DNA of 64,000 nucleotides from Naegleria gruberi (lineage: Eukaryota). Location: NCBI GenBank assembly GCA_000004985.1, contig GG738867.1. The stretch is one strand, 5' to 3'. Positions within the stretch are counted from its first letter, which is position 1, and every line of letters begins with the position of its first letter. A program made the position numbers and the translations under genes. The notes beneath the pieces were generated by a model. It saw only the letters and a list, made by a program, of their open reading frames with translations. It was not told the DNA's origin and ran no database searches. This document shows positions 11,901-21,681 of this stretch, in pieces.

Positions 11901-14823
11901 ATCCCTTGTTGGTTATTTGGGTAACCAATCTAGCTCTCTAGTTGGGCGTTGCTTGTACAGACTTCAGAGTGTTGGTGAAAGTGATGAATTGAAAATTGCA
12001 CTTCTTGATTTAATTTCAACAACAGTAGAAATTCAAAGAGGTTTGGCTGACTTGTTCTTGACCTCAACACCAGCAAAGATTAAAATCAAGAAGGAGAAGA
12101 ACGATGAAGAGCTCGCCCCTGGAGGTGTTCTTGTTACAATTTTAAAGATTATAGAAAATACTGAAAATTATATTGTAGAAAAGAGAACAAGTCTAGTAAG
12201 AAGTGCTTTGGCTGTCATTCAATCTATTTTCCAAAATGGAGAGAATAGATCCAAAATTACAAAGATTTTAAGAAATGACAGCTATTTCTGGAAATCAATG
12301 AAGAATATGTTTACCATCTTTACCAAAGATGAATCCACTAGTAAGAATATTGATATCCTTAGATCTATTACTTCAGTTATTGCTATTTGCTCTGTCGATA
12401 TGTACAATCTCAGAATATTGAAACAAGACCATAGTATGGAAACTGATATTGAAAAGACTCTCTTTGAAAAGGACTCTAAAACAATTCAAACTATACTCAA
12501 GACTTCAATTTCATTCATTATGAACAATATTAACTACTTGTCTGGTCTTATTCAAGATATTGATAGACTTTCAAAGAGAGATTCACAACAATTGGGAAGA
12601 GAAATTTTCTTCTCGGACTATCTCCTTGAAAGAAATACCAAGAAGGATGTTCTGTATGATACAGATAGAATTGTGAGATGGGAAACTGGTATTAGTGCCG
12701 AGTTACTCGACTCTCTATCATTGCTAAATCAAAAAATTGCCGTAGAGGAAGCATTTATTGCTCTGCTTAAATCCTTGCATGCCTTGTTTTCTGTGAGCTT
12801 GGAATCTCCTCTTCTCACAAGAGAGGAATCATCTGAAGAATACTTTTTGAATATTATTGATATTCTAGTTGTAGGACTCAAGATTTCAGAAGGTGATGCT
12901 ATGACCAAATATGTTTTCAACCCAACCAATGAATTCGGTCTCGATCTTGAAGTTTATGTTCCATTGCCAAAACTTTTGGATAACCTATTGAATACCTTCC
13001 ACATTGAAGTTGCTGCAATGCTAGCCAAGCTAATCCACAAATTCAACGCCAATTTCCCTCCAACAGATTTGATTGAAAAGCACAGCAGTTGGCTTTCTGA
13101 CCATTTATCAAAGTTGACACATTTATTACATACACAAGTTCAAAGAAAGAAGTCTAATGCAACAAAAGAAATTTTGGGTTGTCTCTTGATGTACTTTGTT
13201 GATTTGGATGAAGCTATTGGTGTCAGAACATGTTCCAAACTCACTCCAATACTTTTCCAAATCTTGAAGACATTTAACAGATACGAGCAATGCACAGAAT
13301 TGGCTATTTCGATTTTGGCTGTTTGTATCAAAGTTACTATCAATGAAGAATATGGAAACTATATTTGCAGAGAACTATGTGAATGTTTGACCACTTTTGA
13401 TGGAGTTGACGAACAACATTCTAAACACACCATTAACGTTCTCAATTTACTTTTGGCTTTCTCCACTACTCGAGCTGGAAGTTCAATGATGGTTGCCAAC
13501 AATATCTTACAAAAGTTTTCTGGTTGTACATTTTTAAGTTCTGGATGTGGAAAATATGCAGGTCAGACCTACTTTGAAGGAGAAAGAACTTACTGGCATA
13601 CTGCTTGGAGATATAGCTTGAAGATTATCACTACTCTCTTGAATTGTTACTATGTTGCAACTCAACCTAAGAGAAATATGGCCATGATGGATGAAGATAC
13701 AAACTATGGTCAATATCAATATTTTGTTCAACAAGTTCAAGATTTTTGTAATACTCACAGAAAGAGATTAGTTTTAGGTTTGGATGAATTATGGGATAAG
13801 AGACCTTTGACTTTTGCTCTTATTGAAGAAGTTGAACTCATTGGTATGCTAGTGAATGCACTTGCCAGATCTCACATTTTACCAAATTTACCTTACCTTG
13901 TCCAATCATCTCTTGTAGCAACAGCCAAGTGCGTGAATGCTGTTAAGCATTTTAGATTGATTTTGTCTGCTGTTACCCCAATCACACAACACGAAAGAAA
14001 ACTCCACGAAAAGGACAAACATTATATGGAAGAACTTCGTGCCTCCAGACCAACCTCAACAGGTACCAAGACTAGACGCCCTTTCAGAGAAAGAACAAAC
14101 TATGAAAACACCATTCCTTACAATTCTGAAGAGTCTCCATTTATTACCCATGCTACAGATGCTATCAAGAATCTTTATCAAGGAAGAGAGATGTTAAATT
14201 GGAATACTCAAATAGATTTGACAGTTTTTGGAACATTACAAAGCTTGGTTGCATCCATTCGTTGTTTGACCATTCTTCCTAGTGATGATGGAATTGAACA
14301 ACCTGTAGAGCCTGTTATTGTTCTTTCAATGCAATCCAATAGCCCTAATATTGAAACAATCTTCAAATGTGCTGAAGCTTGTGTTGATACCCTAAAGATT
14401 ATACCTTCGAGCAAATATAATACTGAACTAAGCAACAACAAGACAGGAAATGAGCTTGGCTCTTCAACTCCAACCGAGACACTCTCACCTTCATTCAGCG
14501 CAACTACTGAAAGAATGAGCAAAGAACAAGAGGCTATGATTAAGGCTAGACTTTTGGTGACACGTGTAGTGGTGGGTACTTTACAGGAATCTATCAATGT
14601 TATTGTTTCACACGTTTTGATTTATGAATTTATTGCCTATGGAGAGGAAAGTCAATCTGTTCGTGAAGTAAGAAATCACATGAAGGAACGTTTTGAATTT
14701 TTCCACAGAACTTGTGAGGGATTGTCGACGAAAAGTTGGTTCTTTATGAAGCATCCTGAACCTTTGCGAACAGTGCTCACACTTTTGAGAGATGTTATCG
14801 ACCTAGGTGGTTTAAAACAATAA
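8934..14823 (+). CDS. Large (about 1885 aa) alpha-solenoid protein of unknown identity (size and class of a Nup188/Nup205-type scaffold; not verified); 5 exons
   Basis: Exons 8934-9083, 9142-9264, 9310-9405, 9489-9869 and 9916-14823. Introns have GTATGT or GTAAGT donors and AG acceptors (lengths 58, 45, 83, 46 nt). All junctions keep the frame. The 9997 ORF starts at TTG and is open upstream to the intron, so it is the last exon. Confidence 0.7.
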
Positions 14824-14831
14824 TTTATAAA

Positions 14832-16919
14832 TTACAATTTGTCTAGTATGTTTCTGACTCGCTTAAAGTTACTAACTTTTCGTTCCTGCAAAGTAGATTT
14901 GTCTGATTTTAAGAGCTGGTTCTTAAAATGCACTCGTTCATCAATCAAGTGTTGTTCATAATTTTCCAAATCTTTCCTCATACCTCCACCATTCATTTTA
15001 ATGTAGTGACTTAGGTTTCCTAGTAATGAATAGAAGCAACTTGTGGATACTATTCCATTTTCACTAGTTGAATATGCGACAGGAACATATTCTGGATGCT
15101 TATGTTTCTTGCTTATAAAAGTAAGAGTTGGCTGACTGCTGTGGTTTGCAACTTTTGCAGATTCATGGAAATTGGAAAACGAAAGTTCCAAATTAGTTTG
15201 GTAAATTCTTTGGGGAATTGGAACGCCAAAATTATTGTATATACAATCTAGTCCTAGTGTAGAATCGTTACTTTCTGCTGGTTGAGGTATCAGCCCAATA
15301 GCGCTGAATTTGATTTCCTTTCTCCAGTTTTGTGTGCTTAATTTGTATTTCTGTAATAAGGTTTTATCCAATATCGAAGGGAAGTATGGAATTCTAGAAG
15401 ACAACTCTACATATGATGAAATGTCAACAGAGCAAGGTGCTGTCACATTCAAAGTGAATGAATTACCCCATGCACTTGAGCTTACACCTGAAAAGTACAA
15501 TCTTCTACCATCTCGATCGGTTTCAATAAGTGTTCCCTTCACATATAGCTTGGAAACAATTTGACTGTGCACATATTCGTTTCTAGATGGTCTATGAACT
15601 CCTTTAGGTTTAAAGTTTGCTTTTTTCACTTTGGAAATTGGTGGTTGACCCTCCAATCTAATCATTCTGTATCTGTATACTAAAGCTCCAAAATCACCTG
15701 TTTTTAACCTTTGTGGTTCTCTCCAATAATCGGTAACCCAATATAACCCATCATATCTATAACCTTTAGCAGGTGCATAGGCAGAATCTAATTGATAACC
15801 TCTCACAAGTCTGACTGGCATTCTTCTTTTCATACTCTCCACCAAACTGATATTATATCGATTAAGAGTTTGATTCTCAGTATCAGTACCACCTTGACCA
15901 GTATAAATAAAAACATCTCCATAATCTTCGTCTCCATATCCACCCATAGCCATAGCAACAATAGAATCAGATGGAACACCAAAATGCCCACTGATACCAG
16001 GTTGAGTTGGTGTGTGTGAACCTTTCCTTGAGCATGTTAATCTAGTTTCATAAACTGTAAAGACGTCATCTCTGTGACCATACACTCTACTTTTAATCCT
16101 GATAGGTTCTGTGAGTAGCTCATCTGCCTTCTCATCTCTGTATCGAATAGTTTTCCACTCGGAAGCTTTTCCCATAAACTTTTTGTCCTTCTCTGTAATT
16201 GTTGAACTTCTCTTTAGTTTCATATCAATTTCAAGTTTCTTTGTTTCCTGATCCTCCTCTTCGTCATGAGTGGCAACAACAAGTCTTGAACCAGAGTGAT
16301 GCAAAAGTTTGACAGATCCATTCTTTATATCCACAAAAGCATCTGTTCTTCCAGCTTCATTATTTTCCATGCAAATTGTAACAAGATCCTTATCTTTCAC
16401 TTGAGTGATGTCCTTACTTTCATCATAGTCAATTGCACAAAATGGTGTGGAATCTGAAATGAAAGCAGTCAAAGTAACTCTTTGCTTTTTATCATTAGCC
16501 TTCTCCGTCACTTGGTCAATTTTGGCTATCATGTTGCTCTCCTTTTCATCATCCTCTTCAAGTTGCAACTTTTTTGATTGTTTCCGTGATGATGCATTTT
16601 TCCATTCCTTCGCCGAAGTTAATTTTGCCTGTTTGGCTTTGGATACTCCATTAGTTGATGTTGTCTTTCTCTTGTTGTTAGTTTTATCACTTGTTGTTGT
16701 TGATGATTTTGATTTCTTATTATTGGTTGTCTTTGACTTGGTTATAACAGGAGAAGACATTAATTCATCAGAGTCATCAGATAATTCATTCATTTTCTTC
16801 TTCTTACTCCTATTAATCTTATATTCCTCATATTGATCCGATGAAGAAGAATCATCTAAATATTTTGTGTGATTCTTGTTGGTTAGAGTAGCCGTTTCAC
16901 CACTCCTGATAATTCTCAT
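14832..16919 (-). CDS. SRA-YDG domain protein (methyl-cytosine reader-type domain) with Lys/Ser/Thr-rich N-terminus and uncharacterised C-terminal half
   Basis: ATG at 16919. GISGHFGVPSDSIVAMAMGGYGDEDYGDVFIYTGQGG…PVRLVRGYQ…GYRYDGLYWVTDYW…RLEGQPP matches the SRA/YDG consensus (GG[YF].DD…IYTG.GG…PVRV.RG…YDGLY.V). No SET, RING or PHD domain was found. Confidence 0.75.
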   Translation of the reverse strand: MRIIRSGETATLTNKNHTKYLDDSSSSDQYEEYKINRSKKKKMNELSDDSDELMSSPVITKSKTTNNKKSKSSTTTSDKTNNKRKTTSTNGVSKAKQAKLTSAKEWKNASSRKQSKKLQLEEDDEKESNMIAKIDQVTEKANDKKQRVTLTAFISDSTPFCAIDYDESKDITQVKDKDLVTICMENNEAGRTDAFVDIKNGSVKLLHHSGSRLVVATHDEEEDQETKKLEIDMKLKRSSTITEKDKKFMGKASEWKTIRYRDEKADELLTEPIRIKSRVYGHRDDVFTVYETRLTCSRKGSHTPTQPGISGHFGVPSDSIVAMAMGGYGDEDYGDVFIYTGQGGTDTENQTLNRYNISLVESMKRRMPVRLVRGYQLDSAYAPAKGYRYDGLYWVTDYWREPQRLKTGDFGALVYRYRMIRLEGQPPISKVKKANFKPKGVHRPSRNEYVHSQIVSKLYVKGTLIETDRDGRRLYFSGVSSSAWGNSFTLNVTAPCSVDISSYVELSSRIPYFPSILDKTLLQKYKLSTQNWRKEIKFSAIGLIPQPAESNDSTLGLDCIYNNFGVPIPQRIYQTNLELSFSNFHESAKVANHSSQPTLTFISKKHKHPEYVPVAYSTSENGIVSTSCFYSLLGNLSHYIKMNGGGMRKDLENYEQHLIDERVHFKNQLLKSDKSTLQERKVSNFKRVRNILDKL

Positions 16920-16947
16920 TTTTTTTGAACGTTTAAATGTTTTTGAA

Positions 16948-16961
16948 ATTTGGCGGCAAAA
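16948..16961. promoter_or_regulatory. E2F-like element ATTTGGCGGCAAAA about 30-40 bp upstream of the SRA gene ATG
   Basis: TTTGGCGG core in AT-rich context. Confidence 0.3.
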
Positions 16962-16963
16962 GT

Positions 16964-17910
16964 TTATTCTCTTCTCTTGGTTGGCATGAGTGAGGCAACT
17001 CTACTCTTATCCTTTCTCTTGGTCTTTTTGATGAATTTGTTCATCTTGCCTGATTTTTTGATACCTTCAACTTTTCTTTCTTTGAGAATCTTTTTCACAT
17101 CAGAATCTTTTAAGAAGTAAGCTTGTTTACCCTTTTCTGAGATTAATTTCTTTTCTCTCTTGTAGAATGAGTCTTTGACCTCTGCAACGGCCTTTTGAGT
17201 TTCGAATTTCTTATTTCTGGTTTGAAGTCTTGAAATTTCTCTTTGAATTTCATTTCTGTCCTCATAGGTCAGTGATTTATCTCTTAATCTTTCTCTATTT
17301 TCGTCTATTTCATCCTTTAATTGATCGAAAACATGTTTATAATGGCCAGAAAATTGTTTAAACGATGATGGATCTGTATCACTTGCTGTTGGGTCAAATC
17401 TAGGATCACGTGACTTTTTTTTCACATAACCCAATCTCTTTGCAATGTCTGGAATGGATTTTGGTTTGAGTTTTGAACTCACTTCCTTTGGAGCATTCTT
17501 ATTTTTCCTTTCAATAACAGTCTTTTCACCCTTTTCAACTTTTTTCTTTGTTGGAGTATGATGTTTACCATTACGATGTCTATTTTGTTGTTGAAGATGC
17601 TTATCATTTGTTTTGAAATTTGATTTTGGTTTCATATTACTGAGTGCCAATCTTTCAGCAAATGAAAGTGTTTTTTCATCCTCCGAAGATGATTCTTTAT
17701 CCTCCTCTTCATCATCTTCCATTTCTTCATCTTCATCTTGTTCTTGTTGTTCGGAATTGTCAGCCTGTTGTTCCTCTTCATAGAGTGCATTTAGTTCATC
17801 ATCATTTAATTCATCCTCTTCATCTATTGGTTCTTGTTCCGCATCATCATATTGATTTTCCACCTCATCGTCATCGTATTGTGGTGCTGTTTGCTTTCTC
17901 TTTAGAAACA
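16964..17910 (-). CDS. rRNA biogenesis protein RRP36-like (DUF947) with an acidic N-terminus
   Basis: True ATG at 17910 (the ORF-track start 17923 is ATT). Acidic Asp/Glu run, then …KKSRDPRFD…FKQ…Y.FL…EI..LK…LRDKSLT..DR.E…E..RL..R…K..AEVK…KRE…G..YFLK.SD.K-type basic C-terminus typical of Rrp36. Confidence 0.55.
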
Positions 17911-18077
17911 TTTTTTTTGTCAATTAACTTGTTGATCTTCTCCTATTCATAGAACAATATTAGATGACCGATTTATTGTTTGTTGTTTAGATTGTTTATT
18001 AATTTCATAAATATACTTTCAAATATTCATGGCAGCTGTGATGATATGATGAAATTCCGTTGTTTATTTGCAATAAA

Positions 18078-18089
18078 TTTTTGGCGCCA
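18078..18089. promoter_or_regulatory. E2F-like element TTTTTGGCGCCA in the divergent promoter (RRP36-like <- -> 18294 gene)
   Basis: Exact TTTGGCGC core. Confidence 0.35.
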
Positions 18090-18293
18090 TTCTTTACAGT
18101 TTGAAAGGTTTTAACCACATTTCAAATCAGAAAAAAACAAGTTAAGGTTTGAACAACCACCCCAACCACTCTTTGTACATAACTACATTCAAAACGTTCG
18201 GATCCGATTAATAATCAGTTAATTCTTGTTTATTATTTCATTATCTTGTCTTGTTGAAAATAACAATCATATCACACAACTTTTATCATCAAA

Positions 18294-18797
18294 ATGAATA
18301 GACCTAAAGGTGTTACTCCGAATGCTGCTGTGCATTCTCTCAAGGAAACTTTAAAGAAGGAACACTATACAAGAGTCCAGTGGGAACAACAATACGGGAA
18401 ACAATTTAAGGACCAACAAAATGAGAATGAATTCCTGTCATCACGAAAGGATTTTGTCACCTCCAGATATAATGAAAGTAGTAGCAAACCAAGAAGATTG
18501 CACGTAGAGATTGATCCATCAGAGGTCGATGATGAAGGAGATTATGATGAAAGTGATCCAAACTTATTCAGTGGATACAGCTCGAGATTTTGTGGATTTT
18601 ATCTGCCAACCGAGAAAACCAATACATTTAAGACAACACAATCTCTGGAACAAACTGAGAAAGCTATTGAACTCGAACATAAGGATAACTTTAGAAAAAA
18701 GCATTGGCTCAAGATGTACTTTGAGGAGAGTGCCAAGATGCAAAATTTATTCAAGAATCCTGGTGATAAATCAGCACCTGCAGCAACCAAGAAATAA
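18294..18797 (+). CDS. Hypothetical protein (167 aa)
   Basis: ATG-initiated ORF in a divergent arrangement with the RRP36-like gene. The composition is charged with an acidic middle tract. No domain recognised. Confidence 0.5.
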   Translation: MNRPKGVTPNAAVHSLKETLKKEHYTRVQWEQQYGKQFKDQQNENEFLSSRKDFVTSRYNESSSKPRRLHVEIDPSEVDDEGDYDESDPNLFSGYSSRFCGFYLPTEKTNTFKTTQSLEQTEKAIELEHKDNFRKKHWLKMYFEESAKMQNLFKNPGDKSAPAATKK

Positions 18798-18798
18798 A

Positions 18799-19137
18799 TT
18801 AATCTGATTGTTGATGTGAAATGACTTGGTCAAAGATATTTACATTGTATTCAGTTGAAAGTTTTCCATTCTTCTGATAGATTGCCTGAAGCATTGATTC
18901 CCTATCTTCCTTAGACATTTTCCGTATCACATCTTCCATGTGCTTTTTCCTTTGGGGTGAGATCAAGAGGATTTGTTTTAAGGGTTCAATAGAGTCCTTC
19001 ACTCGTGATGGTGAATCAGTCGTCGTCAATGATGAATGATGGTGATGATAATTATTCGTCGTTGTTGTCACAACTGATTTTATTTGTGGAGTTTGAGGGC
19101 CTTGCATTTTCATGTTGCTTGGTTTGTTGTTGTTCAT
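18799..19137 (-). CDS. Hypothetical small protein (112 aa; His-run, Thr-rich)
   Basis: ATG at 19137. It converges on the previous gene with stops 1 bp apart. An E2F-like site lies 50 bp upstream. Confidence 0.4.
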   Translation of the reverse strand: MNNNKPSNMKMQGPQTPQIKSVVTTTTNNYHHHHSSLTTTDSPSRVKDSIEPLKQILLISPQRKKHMEDVIRKMSKEDRESMLQAIYQKNGKLSTEYNVNIFDQVISHQQSD

Positions 19138-19183
19138 ATAATTTTTTTGTACTGTTAAAAAAGCTTTCCAAAATCACAGATAT

Positions 19184-19195
19184 TTGGCGCGAAAC
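19184..19195. promoter_or_regulatory. E2F-like palindrome TTTGGCGCGAAA about 50 bp upstream of the ATG at 19137
   Basis: Perfect TTTGGCGCGAAA. Confidence 0.4.
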
Positions 19196-19332
19196 ATTAT
19201 CTGTAGTACTATTATTGGAGGCAGCATGCTTTTCATTCTCGAATGGTTCACCCATTCGTTATTCATTACTACTGTTGCGAACTGGTTTGCTTCTTTGAAA
19301 TATTAATAATAACAATATTCTCTTAACAACAG

Positions 19333-19881
19333 TTATGAAAGTAATCGACTCTGTAAAACTCTATCTTCAAGGCAGAGACAAAAGATTGGTACCACAACTC
19401 TACTATTTCCAATAAAAATCCAATCATCGTCTGTGTCTTCGTCTGAATCTCTCATCATTTCCAATTCTACTTCGTCACCAACAATTGAAACAACTCTTCC
19501 CATCTTACCATGTAAATGAAAGTCTATCATTTGGAGAATGGCACAATCCTCATCAACATTGATAATCACAATGTCTTCCTTTCTCACTACCTTTGATGTA
19601 CTATTATTTGTGATGAATCTCTTAAGGGAGGACCTTCTTGAGGAGGATAGTTTCTTCACTTGAAGTGAACTGGACACTGTTCTCTGACTGTTGTGAATGG
19701 ATGAATGGTGCTGACTCATCTTATAGTTGGACAAGTAACAATGACTAGCGTTTGGTGAATAATTACTAGAGAGCAAACATGACATTTCAGCTCGTTGTTC
19801 CCTTGCATATAGTGTTGTTGGTTGATGCTGTGGGTGATTATTATTAATACTACCACTAGCTACTACTCTCTTGAGAAACAT
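19333..19881 (-). CDS. Hypothetical protein (about 183 aa from the first ATG); acidic C-terminal segment
   Basis: The ORF-track start (19995) is GTG. The first ATG gives MFLKRVVASG…. No domain recognised. Confidence 0.4.
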   Translation of the reverse strand: MFLKRVVASGSINNNHPQHQPTTLYAREQRAEMSCLLSSNYSPNASHCYLSNYKMSQHHSSIHNSQRTVSSSLQVKKLSSSRRSSLKRFITNNSTSKVVRKEDIVIINVDEDCAILQMIDFHLHGKMGRVVSIVGDEVELEMMRDSDEDTDDDWIFIGNSRVVVPIFCLCLEDRVLQSRLLS

Positions 19882-20146
19882 TTCAACGTTAGTAGTGAAT
19901 GGGCGTAGATTCAACAATTTGTTGAGGGAGGTTTTGGTTTTCTTTTTTTTGATGAAGATGCCCTCTCCATTCCATGCGCCAAGTTTTCCTTGCACGTGTA
20001 AAAGTACACACTTACACTCAGGGCCCTTATTTGGAGATTTTAATTGGAATTGTCCTTATTAGAGTTGAACTACCTTAATAAAACGGCCACTTGTCGTTGT
20101 TAAAAAATTGTAAAGGTCTGCGAACGTTGAATTGGTCAAATAAATA

Positions 20147-21571
20147 TCAATGTGTATTGGAAGGTGGTGTGTTTGCTCTCAGCTCTGATGATGAAATATC
20201 AACTCTAAAATCGGGAATCTCAACAAACAAGTCTTGGAAGCCACTTGGAACTTGAATTTTTTCCATGGTTAAAAAGTGTTGTTTCTCCTTCTGATCCAAT
20301 CTTCCTCCCACGAGGAATTGGCAATTCTCCTTCTTGAAGCTCAGTAATGCATTGATCATTTCACTCTCACTATTGTTGTAATACTTCTTGTCGACAATTC
20401 TAATGGCTGTATCAGCTCCGATCACAATGAAAAGCTTGGTCTCCCTATTAAAGAGTGTTACTTTCTGATTGAAAAGTGGAGCCTTTGTAACAATGCAGGA
20501 GAAATTAGAGGTTACTGCTTTCATATCCTCCAATCGTTGTGTTACTGTCATTTCATCAATTCCCTTCTTGTCAACGTTTTGAACGGAAATTTCAAAGAGT
20601 GATTGTAGACCTACTGCTTGTTGATAGCTGTTCATATGGGAGAGAGCAATTTCTCTAGCTCTTTCCATCAACTTGACATGTCCAATGTGAAGTGGGTTGA
20701 AACTTCCAGGGAAAATTATGTAATTCATGTTTTCATCCTTGAGAATTGAGTTCGATTCAGAATGACCCAACTTGAAAGTATTCACTCCATCAAATGTGTA
20801 CAATCCAACTAATGGCTTTTCCATATTGAAATCCCAACAATCCTCGGTCCACTCTCTTTCACTGATTTTCTCAGAATCAAATAATAAACTATTAAAACTA
20901 TTCTCAAATTCAGAGATTAATTGTTGATTTTCTGCAATTGTTTTAATGTTGTGTGGAAGAGAATTTTCTATTAAAAGTTTGAGAATTAGAGAGCTAATCA
21001 AACATTCTTCTTCCTCTCTTTCTCTCCTATCCTTTTCCAAAATCAAGTGATAGGTCTTATTCACAACTTTGCCCTCACTATTCATAATATTTACAGCAAT
21101 GAAGGCTTGATGCTTTCCCTTCTTTGGAGTCTTTGATCTGATAGCTCCTGTACATCCAATACCAATAGCCTTCGATAATGATTGTGCATATTGACCCAAA
21201 ATGTTACTATTGCTACTAACAATACTATTTGAATTATTTTCATCATCCAACAACTCTTGAATATTGGAAAAGAAGGAAATTTTGGCACTTCTCTCAAAAG
21301 CCTTTCTACTCATCCCCAAAGCTGTCTCCTCACTAACATACTTTACCGAGTCGACATTCTTTTCTAGAATGGGTCTATTAGTCATCACTTCATTTGTACA
21401 AGTCATGGCATACGGAATGTAGGCATCTAATAAAACACTTGATGCTCCTGGTTCCTTTAATAGCCATGAAATAGATTGGCTTCCGACTCCTGAAACAATT
21501 AAACTAGCCTTCCGAGCAGAATGTTGAAATAAGAGTTGAATGGCAGATTGTTGCAGTTTGGAATTGATCAT
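20147..21571 (-). CDS. Cytidylyltransferase-like (HxGH) nucleotidyltransferase family protein, NMNAT/POF1-like
   Basis: ATG at 21571. IIFPGSFNPLHIGHVKLMERAREIA contains the (H/T)xGH nucleotidyltransferase motif in the usual GSF(N/D)PxHxGH context. Confidence 0.6.
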   Translation of the reverse strand: MINSKLQQSAIQLLFQHSARKASLIVSGVGSQSISWLLKEPGASSVLLDAYIPYAMTCTNEVMTNRPILEKNVDSVKYVSEETALGMSRKAFERSAKISFFSNIQELLDDENNSNSIVSSNSNILGQYAQSLSKAIGIGCTGAIRSKTPKKGKHQAFIAVNIMNSEGKVVNKTYHLILEKDRREREEEECLISSLILKLLIENSLPHNIKTIAENQQLISEFENSFNSLLFDSEKISEREWTEDCWDFNMEKPLVGLYTFDGVNTFKLGHSESNSILKDENMNYIIFPGSFNPLHIGHVKLMERAREIALSHMNSYQQAVGLQSLFEISVQNVDKKGIDEMTVTQRLEDMKAVTSNFSCIVTKAPLFNQKVTLFNRETKLFIVIGADTAIRIVDKKYYNNSESEMINALLSFKKENCQFLVGGRLDQKEKQHFLTMEKIQVPSGFQDLFVEIPDFRVDISSSELRANTPPSNTH

Positions 21572-21681
21572 TTTTTTTAATTTTAAATAATATTAAAGTG
21601 GACTATTAATAATGATCAATAGTTGACAAGGTACCATTACAAAAGTTGTAGATATAGAGAAACAAATGTTGGAAAGATAAA

